Below, piece by piece: positions 45,776-54,416 of a stretch of DNA of 64,000 bases. Location of the stretch: NCBI GenBank assembly GCA_041389495.1, contig JAWKRT010000002.1:1067758-1131757 (forward strand), in the 5' to 3' direction. The notes under the pieces are model-generated. The model saw only the letters and a program-made list of their open reading frames with translations, ran no database searches and was not told the DNA's origin. Made by a program: the position numbers and the translations under genes. The first letter of the stretch is position 1, and each line of letters opens with the position of its first letter. Origin of the DNA: Myxococcota bacterium. Lineage in GTDB: Bacteria > Myxococcota_A > UBA9160 > UBA4427.

Positions 45776-46581
45776 CGCGTCTCGCAGGCAAGGTCGGCAT
45801 CGTCACCGGCGCGGCGTCGGGCATCGGCCGCGCGACGGCGCACGCGCTCGCGCGCGAGGGGGCGTCGGTCGTGGTCGCCGACCTCGACGCGGCGGGCGCG
45901 GAGGTCGTGGCGGGCGAGATCGCGGACGCGGGCGGGCGGGCGGTCGCGTGCCGCGTCGACGTCGCCGACGAGGACGCCGTGCGCGCGATGATCGACACCG
46001 CAGTCGACGCGTTCGGCGGCCTCGACGTCCTGCACAACAACGCCGCGGCGATCGGCAGTGCGAAGCCCGGTGCCGACCACGACGTCGCGTCGATCGACGT
46101 CGACGTCTGGGACCGGACGATGGCCGTCAACCTGCGCGGCGTCTGGCTCGGCTGCAAGCACGCCATTCCGCGCATGCTCGAGCGCGGCGGCGGCTCGATC
46201 GTGAACACGTCGTCGGGCTCGTCGCTGCAGGGCGACCTCGCGAACGCGGCGTACGCGGTGTCGAAGGGCGGCGTCAACACGCTCACGCTCTACGTCGCGA
46301 CGCAGTACGGCAAGCGCGGCATCCGCTGCAACGCGATCGCGCCGGGCCTCGTGCTCTCGCACCCGGTCGAGCACTTCGGGGGCCAGCGCTACGTCGACAT
46401 GCTCGAGGAGCACCACCTGACGCCGCGCGTCGGCCGGCCGGACGACATCGCGAACGCCGTGGTCTTCCTCGCCTCGGACGAGTCGGGCTTCGTCACCGGC
46501 CAGATCCTGCGCGTCGACGGCGGCATCGTGAGCCACGCGGCGCCCGTCGCCGACCTGCGGCGCATGGCGCGCCGGGCCTAG
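45772..46581 (+). CDS. SDR-family oxidoreductase
   Basis: GTG 45772 (RBS ggagg, GTGA overlap). TGAASGIG, HNNAA, YAVSK, ITGQ/VDGG-type end. Confidence 0.92.
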   Translation: MTRLAGKVGIVTGAASGIGRATAHALAREGASVVVADLDAAGAEVVAGEIADAGGRAVACRVDVADEDAVRAMIDTAVDAFGGLDVLHNNAAAIGSAKPGADHDVASIDVDVWDRTMAVNLRGVWLGCKHAIPRMLERGGGSIVNTSSGSSLQGDLANAAYAVSKGGVNTLTLYVATQYGKRGIRCNAIAPGLVLSHPVEHFGGQRYVDMLEEHHLTPRVGRPDDIANAVVFLASDESGFVTGQILRVDGGIVSHAAPVADLRRMARRA

Positions 46582-46587
46582 CGTCGC

Positions 46588-48795
46588 GTGGGCGGAGCGT
46601 CGCCGCGCGCACCCCGCTTCGAGCCGACGTTCGCGCACTACGCGGCCGCGGCCGTCGTCGTGCTGGCACTCGGCGCGGCGGCGAGCGCGTGGCTCGCGCG
46701 CCGCGAGGAGGCCGCGCGCGCGGATGCGCTGCCTCCGTACCGCGTCGTTCCGGGACTCTTCGGCGACGGGACGGGCGAGCCCGATCCGCGCATCGCGTCG
46801 CTGCGCGCGTTCGGCGTCGAGCCCGCGTCGCTCACGCGCTGGACGCGCAGCCACGGCGGCGACGGCTCGCTCAAGTTCTCGGCGCTCGACCGGATCGATC
46901 GCGCGAACGTCGGGCGGCTCGAGGTCGCGTGGGTCTTCGACGGCGAGGCGGCGCGCCTGCGCGGCGACGGCGTCTGGCGCCGCAACGTGCAGGCGAACCC
47001 GGTCGTCGCGGGTCGCACGCTCTACGCGGCGACCGCGCAGGACACGCTCGTCGCGCTCGACGCCGCGACGGGCGCGCTGCGCTGGGAGTTCGTGCCGCGC
47101 GCCGTACCGGCGCGGCGCGGCCTCGTGTACTGGGAAGGGCGCGAGGGCGTCGCGCCGCGCCTCTACTTCGTCGCGGGCGCCGAGCTGCTCGCGCTCGACG
47201 CGGCGACGGGCGCGCCCGTCGCGTCGTTCGGCGATGCGGGAAGCGTCGCGATCGGCGAGGCGACGGCGGCGCCGGCCGTCGTCGGCGACCGGCTCGTCGC
47301 GACCACGAACTCGCCCGCGACGGTGCGGGCCTTCGACGTCGCGACGGGGCGTCCGCTCTGGCGCACGCCGCTCGTGGCCGACGGGCGCCCGATCGGCGCG
47401 GCGCCGTGGGGCGGCTTCTCGGTCGACGCGCGGCGGGGCCGCGCGTACGTCACGACGGGGAACCCGCGCCCGCCGCTCTACGGCGCGGACCGCCCCGGCA
47501 ACAACGAGCACGCGAACAGCGTCGTGTGCGTCGACCTCGAGACCGGCGCGATCGACTGGGCGTGGCAGGAGGTGCGCCACGACCTGTGGAACTTCGACAT
47601 CGCCTCGCCGCCCGTGCTCACGACGATCGAGATCGGCGGGCGCCGCGTCGACGTCGTCGCGGCACCGACCAAGATCGGCACCACCGTGCTGCTCGAGCGC
47701 GACACCGGCCTCCCGATCTTCGACCAGCGCCGGCGCCTCGCGCAGCCCTCCGTGCTCGCGGGCGAGTCGACCGCGGCCTATCAACCCGACCCCGTGCTCC
47801 CCGAGCCGTTCGCGTCGATGGAGTTCGGACCGGAGCGCGTCACGGACGTGGGCGCGGCGAACCGCGAGTCGGTCGAGTGGCAGATCGCGAACGCGACGTG
47901 GGGATGGTTCGCGACCGCGACCGTCGGGCGGCCGCTCGTCGTGTTCGGCCAGCACGGCGGCGCGGAGTGGCCGGGAGCGGCGGCCGACCCCGACACGGGC
48001 TGGCTCTACGTCCCGATCAACCACATCCCGTGGAAGATCCGCCTGTACATGCTCGCGCGCGACGAGGCGCTGCCCGCGACGCCGCCCTTCGCGCTCTACG
48101 CCGAGCGCTGCGCGCGCTGCCACGGCGCGGCGCGCGAGGGAAACTACGAGGAGCGCGGCGAGCAGGAGGTCGCCTACGCGCCCTCGCTCGTCTCGCTGAC
48201 GCAGCTCCCCGGGCTCGAGCGCGCCTATCGACTCGACTGGTTCCGCGCGCGCCACCGCGACGTCCCCGGCCTCGTCGTCGACCAGCGCGAGCTCGACGCG
48301 CTCTCGTCGGCGTTCGACGCGTTCGACGCCGAGCTGCTCGCGCGCAAGGCCACGCGCATCACGGCGACGACGGCGCAGCTCGTCGACCACGAGGGCTATC
48401 CGGGCGGCGCGCCGCCGTGGGGCGAGATCGTCGCGCTGCACCTGCCGACGGGCCGCATCGGCTGGCGCGTCCCGTTCGGCGAGTTCCCCGAGCTCACGGC
48501 GCGCGGCGTCCCGGTGACCGGCCAGCCGAACTACGGCGGTGTGATCGCGACGCGCGGCGGCCTGCTGTTCGCGACCGGAACCGTCGACGGCGAGCTGCGC
48601 GCGCTCGACGCGGCGAACGGGCGCGAGCTGTGGTCCTACAGGCTGGCCGCGTCGGGAAGCGCGCCGCCGCTCACGTACGAGCTCGACGGGCGGCAGTACG
48701 TCGCCGTCGTCGCGTCGGGCGGCCGCTTCCACAACTTCGGGGAGCGGTCGTCGAAGATCTACGCGTTCGCGCTCCCCGCGCTCGCGGACGAGTGA
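46588..48795 (+). CDS. Membrane-anchored PQQ quinoprotein (glucose-dehydrogenase family) with inserted cytochrome c domain
   Basis: N-terminal TM. FSALDRIDRANV..LEVAW, HDLWNFD, GGAEWPG, PPWG, NYGGVIATRGGL, LTYELDGRQYV. Internal CARCH heme motif. Confidence 0.88.
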   Translation: MGGASPRAPRFEPTFAHYAAAAVVVLALGAAASAWLARREEAARADALPPYRVVPGLFGDGTGEPDPRIASLRAFGVEPASLTRWTRSHGGDGSLKFSALDRIDRANVGRLEVAWVFDGEAARLRGDGVWRRNVQANPVVAGRTLYAATAQDTLVALDAATGALRWEFVPRAVPARRGLVYWEGREGVAPRLYFVAGAELLALDAATGAPVASFGDAGSVAIGEATAAPAVVGDRLVATTNSPATVRAFDVATGRPLWRTPLVADGRPIGAAPWGGFSVDARRGRAYVTTGNPRPPLYGADRPGNNEHANSVVCVDLETGAIDWAWQEVRHDLWNFDIASPPVLTTIEIGGRRVDVVAAPTKIGTTVLLERDTGLPIFDQRRRLAQPSVLAGESTAAYQPDPVLPEPFASMEFGPERVTDVGAANRESVEWQIANATWGWFATATVGRPLVVFGQHGGAEWPGAAADPDTGWLYVPINHIPWKIRLYMLARDEALPATPPFALYAERCARCHGAAREGNYEERGEQEVAYAPSLVSLTQLPGLERAYRLDWFRARHRDVPGLVVDQRELDALSSAFDAFDAELLARKATRITATTAQLVDHEGYPGGAPPWGEIVALHLPTGRIGWRVPFGEFPELTARGVPVTGQPNYGGVIATRGGLLFATGTVDGELRALDAANGRELWSYRLAASGSAPPLTYELDGRQYVAVVASGGRFHNFGERSSKIYAFALPALADE

Positions 48796-48874
48796 GCGGT
48801 CGGGGCGCGGGTACGCTCGTCGCCGCGCGGCAGCGGCGACGGCCGGAAGCGGAAGTGAAGGGAGACGGGATCGG

Positions 48875-49927
48875 ATGGGCGAGCAGGACGTGGGCGACCT
48901 CGAGGTCGTGCGACGGGGCGTCGAGGCGTGGCTGCGCGAGCGGCTGCCGGACGGAAGGGGGCTGCGCATCGCGGACCTCGCCTTCCCGAAGGCGAGCGGC
49001 GAGAGCAGCGTGACGCTGCTCCTCGACGGCGAGCACGCCGACGGGCGCGTCGAGCGCTTCGTGCTGCGCATGGCGCCGCGCGCGAGCCAGGTGTTCGAGA
49101 CGCACGACCTGCGCCTGCAGGTGGAGATGATGGACATCGCGCGCGCGGAGGGCGTCCCCGTGCCCGACGTCGTCGGCTACGAGCCCGACGCGCGCCGGCT
49201 CGGCAGCGACTTCTACGTCATGCGCTTCACGGAGGGCGAGATCCCGCCGGACAACCCGCCCATGGTGTTCGCCGGGTGGGTGAAGGAGCTCGGCGCGGCG
49301 GAGCGCGAGCGCATGTGGCGGAGCGGGCTCGAGACGCTCGCGGCGATCCACCGCATCGACCCGGCGAAGCACGACGTCGCGCGTCTCCCGCGCGCGGGAG
49401 CGGGCGAGTCGGTCGTCGCGCACGAGCTCCGCAAGTTCGACTCGATGTTCCGCCCCGATCTGCGCGCGTCGGGCGACCCGCGCATCCTCGAGGCGTGGCG
49501 GTTCGCGCTCGCCCACGCGCCCGGGCCGGGCCCGGTGCGCGTGTGCTGGGGCGACTCGCGCGTCGGCAACATCGTCTGGCGCGAGCTCGCTCCCGTCGCC
49601 GTCCTCGACTGGGAGATGGCGAGCCTCTCGTGCCCGCTGCTCGACCTCGCGTGGTGGATCTGGATCGACCGCTGCAACAGCGTGGGGCTCGGGGCCGGGA
49701 AGCTCGCCGGCGTGCCCGAGCCCGGCGAGGCCTACGCGCAGTGGCACGCGCTCACCGGCCTGCCGATCGACGACGTCGCCTACTACGAGCTGCTCGCCGT
49801 GGTGCGCTACGCGATCGTGCTCGAGCTCAAGTTCGTGGCGATGCGCGCGGGCGACGCGGCGGCGGCCGCGCTTCCGAACTTCGCGGCCGCCTTCCTGCCC
49901 GGGCTCGTGGAGGCGTGCGCTCGCTAG
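48875..49927 (+). CDS. Phosphotransferase (APH/ACAD10-N-like) family protein
   Basis: FVLRMAP, FYVM..G, WGDSRVGN, VLDWEMA...DLAW. Confidence 0.88.
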   Translation: MGEQDVGDLEVVRRGVEAWLRERLPDGRGLRIADLAFPKASGESSVTLLLDGEHADGRVERFVLRMAPRASQVFETHDLRLQVEMMDIARAEGVPVPDVVGYEPDARRLGSDFYVMRFTEGEIPPDNPPMVFAGWVKELGAAERERMWRSGLETLAAIHRIDPAKHDVARLPRAGAGESVVAHELRKFDSMFRPDLRASGDPRILEAWRFALAHAPGPGPVRVCWGDSRVGNIVWRELAPVAVLDWEMASLSCPLLDLAWWIWIDRCNSVGLGAGKLAGVPEPGEAYAQWHALTGLPIDDVAYYELLAVVRYAIVLELKFVAMRAGDAAAAALPNFAAAFLPGLVEACAR

Positions 49928-49944
49928 TCGCGCGGCACGACTAG
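49924..49944. terminator. Short hairpin formed by the two convergent CTAG stops (CTAGTCG-7nt-CGACTAG); no U-tract
   Basis: 7-bp perfect IR spanning the gap between convergent genes. Terminator function is not demonstrated. Confidence 0.3.
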
Positions 49945-50774
49945 CGAGCGAGCTCGTCCGCGTCCTCGAGCTGCACCTCGAGCTCGGCGAGCACGAGCTC
50001 GGGAATGCGGAGCGCCTGGGCCTCCGCCGAATTCGCGAGCACGAGGTCGGGGCAGGGGTCGAGCCCCATCCCGAGCGCGTTGCAGGCCTGGTCGACGACG
50101 CGCACGACGAGCAGCAGGAGGTCGGACTCGTCGAAGTCGTCGTCGTGGTGGTGGCGGACGATGCGGACGTAGTCGTCCGGCAGGCCCCACGCGCGCAGGA
50201 GCGTCTCGCCGTGCTCGGTGTGGAGCGCGCGGATCGCCTCGCGGATGAAGTCCTCGGTCGGCTGGAAGCGCGCGTCGGCGCGCTTCAGGTCGTCGATGAC
50301 GATCAGCACGAGCAGCTTGCCGACGTCGTGGAGCAGGCCGGCGAGCGCCGCCTGCGCTTCGATCTCCGGGATCTCGATGCGCTTCGCGAGCCAGGAGGAG
50401 CCGAGCGCGCAGCCGAGCGCGTGGCGCCACAGCTCCTGGCTCATCTTCTGCAGCTTCGCGTCGTGCACGCGATAGGCCTTCTTCTGCGCGACGACGGCGG
50501 CGAGCTCCGAGCAGCGCTTCGCCCCGAGGCGCATCACGGCGTCGCGGATGGTCAGGACCTTCTCGAGCCCGCCGTAGAACGACGAGTTCGCGACGCGCAG
50601 GAGCGCGCCCGAGAGTCCGGGGTCGCGCGCGACGACGCGCTCGAGCTCGCCGATGTCGAACGCGCCGGAGGAGATCATGCGCTGGATCTCGACGGCGTTC
50701 GCGTCGAAGACGGGAATCCGCGCGCGGCCGGACTCGATCGCTTCGCGCACGATGTCGGTGAGGGAGCGGGACAC
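49941..50774 (-). CDS. Stand-alone HDOD-domain protein
   Basis: GTG 50774 (RBS aggagg). DPGLSGALLRVANSSFYG, TIRDAVMRLG, LWRHAL, AGLLHDVGKL, WGLP...IVRHHH. Confidence 0.92.
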   Translation of the reverse strand: MSRSLTDIVREAIESGRARIPVFDANAVEIQRMISSGAFDIGELERVVARDPGLSGALLRVANSSFYGGLEKVLTIRDAVMRLGAKRCSELAAVVAQKKAYRVHDAKLQKMSQELWRHALGCALGSSWLAKRIEIPEIEAQAALAGLLHDVGKLLVLIVIDDLKRADARFQPTEDFIREAIRALHTEHGETLLRAWGLPDDYVRIVRHHHDDDFDESDLLLLVVRVVDQACNALGMGLDPCPDLVLANSAEAQALRIPELVLAELEVQLEDADELAR

Positions 50775-50782
50775 GGAGCCTC

Positions 50783-52645
50783 CTATGCGCCGACCAGGCG
50801 CCGCAGCTCCGAGAGCGGCCGCGGCCGGTCGAGCCGCGGGAGCATGCGGACGATCTCGGCGATCGTCGTGCGCCCCGCGGCGGCCTTCGCGATGCCGTCC
50901 TCGAGCAGGCTCACGAGCCCGCTCGACTCGCGGCTGATGGTGCGGATCTGGTGCGACGTCTGGCGCATCAGGATCGCGTCGCGCACGGCGGCGTCGAGCA
51001 CGAGCAGCTCGAAGACCGCGATGCGCCCCTTGTAGCCCGTGTGCCGGCACGCCTCGCAGCCGGCGCCGACGCGGAAGTCGCCGCCCGCGAGCGCGTCCTT
51101 CGCGTAGCCGAGGCGTCGCACGTCGGCCGGCGTCGGCACGTAGGGCTGCGAGCAGCCGTCGCAGATCTTCCGCAGCAGGCGCTGCGCGAGCACGCTCACG
51201 ACCGTCGACGACACGAGGAACGCCTCGATGTCCATGTTGAGCAGGCGCAGCAGGCCCCCGATCGTGTCCTCGGTGTGGAAGGTCGTGAGCACCTTGTGGC
51301 CGGTGAGCGCGGCCTGGATCGCGACCTCCGCCGAGAACGTGTCGCGGATCTCGCCGATCACGATCACGTCCGGATCCTGGCGCACGATGTGGCGGAGGGT
51401 CTCCTCGTACGAGAGGTCGATCGCCGGGTTGATCGAGCACTGCGCGATGCCGTCGATCACGTACTCGACCGGGTCCTCGGCGGTGATGATGCTCGTCTCC
51501 TCGTTGCGGATCTCGTCGATGCAGCTGTAGAGCGTCGTCGTCTTGCCGGAGCCGGTCGGGCCGGTCACGAGGAGCACGCCGCTCGGGAGCTCGAGCGCCC
51601 CTTCCCGGAAGCGCTCGAGCATGCGCGGGCCCATCCCGAGATCCTGCAGCGTGACGAGCCGGCGATCGTGATTGAGCAGGCGCAGCACGATCTTCTCGCC
51701 GTGCACCGTGACGTACATCGAGACGCGCATGTCGAGGTGGTGACGGCCCGTGTCGAACATGAAGCGGCCGCCCTGGTGGCGGCGGCGCTCCGTGATGTCG
51801 GCGTTGCAGAGCACCTTGATGCGGCTCGCGAGCGGGCTCGCCATCGAGAGCGGGAAGTCGCGGTACGGCACGAGCACGCCGTCCTCGCGGAAGCGCACGT
51901 GGATGCGATCGCTGCGCGGCTCGACGTGCACGTCGCTCGCGCCGCGCTCCACCGCCGACTGCAGCAGCTCGTCGACGACGCGGACGACGGCGGACTCCTC
52001 GACGCGCAGCGGCCCGTGCTCCTCGCGCACGCCGCCGAGGTTCGCGAGCGCTTCGCGAATGGCGCTGCGGCGCGCGATCGCGGGGACCACGTTGCCCTTG
52101 CCGTAGATCTCCTCGGCCGCGCGCAGCATGCGCTTCGAGGTCGGGTCGTAGAAGGCGACGACGACGCCGCCGTCGACGCGGCGCATCGGGACGATGTCGT
52201 GTTCCTGGCACCACTTGATGGGGAAGCGCGGGAGGTCCTCGCGCCGGATGCGCGCGGGGTCGGGCTCCTCGCGCGGCACGCCGAGGTGGAGCGACAGCAC
52301 GTCGACGAGCGTCGACTCGTCGATGAAGCCGTGGTCGACGAGCACCTCGCCGAGGCGCTGCTTCTCGTCCGTGGCGCCCTGCTGGAGCTCGAGGGCCTGG
52401 GCGAGCTCGTCCTGCGTGAGGTGGCCGAGCTCGACGAGCAGCTCGCCGAGCCGGATCTCCGTGCGCCGCTTGCGCAGCACGTCGCGCACCGTCTCGAGCT
52501 CGATGGCGAAGAGCTCGCGCAGCACGTCGGCCATCGGCCGCTTCGTCGCGAGCTTCGCGTGGACGCGCTCCGCGTAGCGGAGCTGCGCGCGATCGATCAC
52601 GCCTTCGTCGAGCAGCAGGCGCGCGATCGCACTCGGTTCGGGCAT
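50783..52645 (-). CDS. GspE/PilB-family secretion ATPase with N-terminal MshEN (c-di-GMP-binding) motifs
   Basis: ATG 52645 (RBS ggagagg). RLGELLVELGHLTQDELAQALELQ and RLGEVLVDHGFI. ASDVHVEP, GPTGSGKTTT, TAEDPVEY, RQDPDVIVIGEIRD, ALTGH, CxxC...CxxC, GYKGR. Confidence 0.93.
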   Translation of the reverse strand: MPEPSAIARLLLDEGVIDRAQLRYAERVHAKLATKRPMADVLRELFAIELETVRDVLRKRRTEIRLGELLVELGHLTQDELAQALELQQGATDEKQRLGEVLVDHGFIDESTLVDVLSLHLGVPREEPDPARIRREDLPRFPIKWCQEHDIVPMRRVDGGVVVAFYDPTSKRMLRAAEEIYGKGNVVPAIARRSAIREALANLGGVREEHGPLRVEESAVVRVVDELLQSAVERGASDVHVEPRSDRIHVRFREDGVLVPYRDFPLSMASPLASRIKVLCNADITERRRHQGGRFMFDTGRHHLDMRVSMYVTVHGEKIVLRLLNHDRRLVTLQDLGMGPRMLERFREGALELPSGVLLVTGPTGSGKTTTLYSCIDEIRNEETSIITAEDPVEYVIDGIAQCSINPAIDLSYEETLRHIVRQDPDVIVIGEIRDTFSAEVAIQAALTGHKVLTTFHTEDTIGGLLRLLNMDIEAFLVSSTVVSVLAQRLLRKICDGCSQPYVPTPADVRRLGYAKDALAGGDFRVGAGCEACRHTGYKGRIAVFELLVLDAAVRDAILMRQTSHQIRTISRESSGLVSLLEDGIAKAAAGRTTIAEIVRMLPRLDRPRPLSELRRLVGA

Positions 52646-52896
52646 CGTCGGCCTCTCCATCGACGAAGGGTCGTCCGGAGCGGCGGCACGACGCGCGCAG
52701 CGGCCCGGGCAAGCGGCCTCGGCCGCTCGCGCTTCATCGGCTCCGAGCGCACTCGCGCTGGAGACGGGGAAGCCCCTGCGCGCAGTGGGGTCTCCTCCCG
52801 AGGCGCGCGGTCGGAAGCGCTGGCGTGCGCGGGGGCCGAGGGCGTATCGTGCGCGGCCGCTCGCTCGTCGAGCGGCGCGTCGAGAGGGAGGTGCGG

Positions 52897-53799
52897 ATGC
52901 GGTTCTGGCTGTCGCTCGTGAACGTTCCCGAGGTGGAGCAGTACGTCGAGATCGCGCGCTTCGCCGAGGAGGTCGGCTTCCACGGCATCACGATCGCCGA
53001 CCACCTCGTGATGCCCATGAAGCACGACAGCCGGTATCTCTACACGCCCGACGGCCGCACGTGGTGGCCCGACGACCTCCCGTGGGCCGACCCGTGGGTC
53101 ACGCTCGCGGCGATCGCGACGGCGACGACGCGGCTCGAGCTGGCGACCAACATCTACCTGCTCGGCCTGCGCGACCCGTTCACCGCCGCGAAGGCGATCT
53201 CGACGGCGGCCGTGCTCTCGGGCGACCGCATCCGCTGCGGCATCGGCTCGGGCTGGATCCGCGAGGAGTACGACATCGTCGGCGTCGACTTCGACGACCG
53301 CGGCGCGCGCATCGACGAGATGATCGCGGTGATGCGAAAGCTGTGGACGGGCGAGACGGTCTCGCACCAGGGCGAGCGCTTCGCGTTCCAGGACGCGCTG
53401 ATGGCGCCCGCCCCGCCGCGTCGCCACGTCCCGATCCTCGTCGGCGGCTCGAGCCGGCCGGCGCTGCGCCGCGCCGCGCGCAACGACGGCTGGTTCGGCG
53501 TCCCGCAGCCGAAGGACGCGCTGCTCGCGACGATCCGCGAGCTGCACGCCCTGCGCGAGGAGCAGGGCTGCGCGGATCGGCCCTTCGAGATCGTCTTCAG
53601 CCTGATGGGCTTCCTCAAGCCCGACCTCGCGCGCGAGCTCGAGTCGCTCGGCGCGGGCGACACGGGGACGCTCCCGTGGATGCAGACGCCGTGGGGCAAC
53701 ATGCCGTGGCTCCACGACGGCGAGGATCCGTCGAAGCTCGACGTGAAGAAGAAGGCGATGGAACGCTATGCCGAGGACGTGATCCGCCGCGTCGGCTAG
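52897..53799 (+). CDS. LLM-class (F420-type) flavin-dependent oxidoreductase
   Basis: ATG 52897 (RBS gggagg). AEEVGFHGITIADH, DPWVTLAAIA..T.RLEL, GIGSGWIREEY, PILVGG. Confidence 0.88.
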   Translation: MRFWLSLVNVPEVEQYVEIARFAEEVGFHGITIADHLVMPMKHDSRYLYTPDGRTWWPDDLPWADPWVTLAAIATATTRLELATNIYLLGLRDPFTAAKAISTAAVLSGDRIRCGIGSGWIREEYDIVGVDFDDRGARIDEMIAVMRKLWTGETVSHQGERFAFQDALMAPAPPRRHVPILVGGSSRPALRRAARNDGWFGVPQPKDALLATIRELHALREEQGCADRPFEIVFSLMGFLKPDLARELESLGAGDTGTLPWMQTPWGNMPWLHDGEDPSKLDVKKKAMERYAEDVIRRVG

Positions 53800-53863
53800 G
53801 CGCGCCGGAGTCGCGCGGACGAAGCCGGCGACGACACGCCGCGAACGAAGCGGAAGGGAACCG

Positions 53864-54343
53864 ATGGACGCCGCGACCGAGAAGCGCCTCCTCGACCAGC
53901 TCGAGGTCGAGGAGATCAAGACGCTCAAGTACCGCTACATGCGCTTCATGATGCTGGGCGAGGTCGAAGCCATGCGCGAGCTGCTCACGCCCGACGTGAA
54001 GGCGGAGTACTCCGACGGCAAGTACAGCTACGACGGCGTCGAGTCCGTGCTCGAGTTCCTGCGCGGCACGCACGCGGAGGGCTCGGGGCTGCGCTCGATC
54101 TGGCAGCTCGGCCACCCCGAGATCGAGATCCACGCCGACGGCCGCGCCACCGGCGTCTGGTTCTTCACGCACAAGACGATCCACAAGCCGTCGGGCACGA
54201 ACATCGAGATGGCCTCGTTCTATCGCGACGAGTACGTGAAGCAGGACGGACGCTGGCGCATCCGGTACACGGGCTACCGCCGCGTGCTCGAGCAGCACTG
54301 GAGCAACAAGGATCTCCCGAGCGCGAAGATCGACGTCGGCTGA
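53864..54343 (+). CDS. SnoaL_4/NTF2-like protein
   Basis: EEIKTLKYRYMRFM, GHPEIEI, ATGVW, YRDEYVKQDGRWRI. Confidence 0.88.
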   Translation: MDAATEKRLLDQLEVEEIKTLKYRYMRFMMLGEVEAMRELLTPDVKAEYSDGKYSYDGVESVLEFLRGTHAEGSGLRSIWQLGHPEIEIHADGRATGVWFFTHKTIHKPSGTNIEMASFYRDEYVKQDGRWRIRYTGYRRVLEQHWSNKDLPSAKIDVG

Positions 54344-54416
54344 GCCGCGTCCGCGACGCGCGCGCACCCGCCCACGACCGCCGCGCCGCGCGGCGCGGAC
54401 CCCGACAGGAGCCCCC

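Noticed and set aside
44044-46581. Apparent 845-aa glycosyltransferase-SDR fusion
   Set aside because: The middle ~256 codons are off-frame junk. The true GT-C C-half is in the 44996..45775 frame, and the SDR has its own RBS and GTG.
52685-52700. CGGCACG-N4-GCGCA possible sigma54 site upstream of the LLM gene
   Set aside because: The -12 element is poor and the site is ~200 nt from the start. Likely chance in GC-rich DNA.
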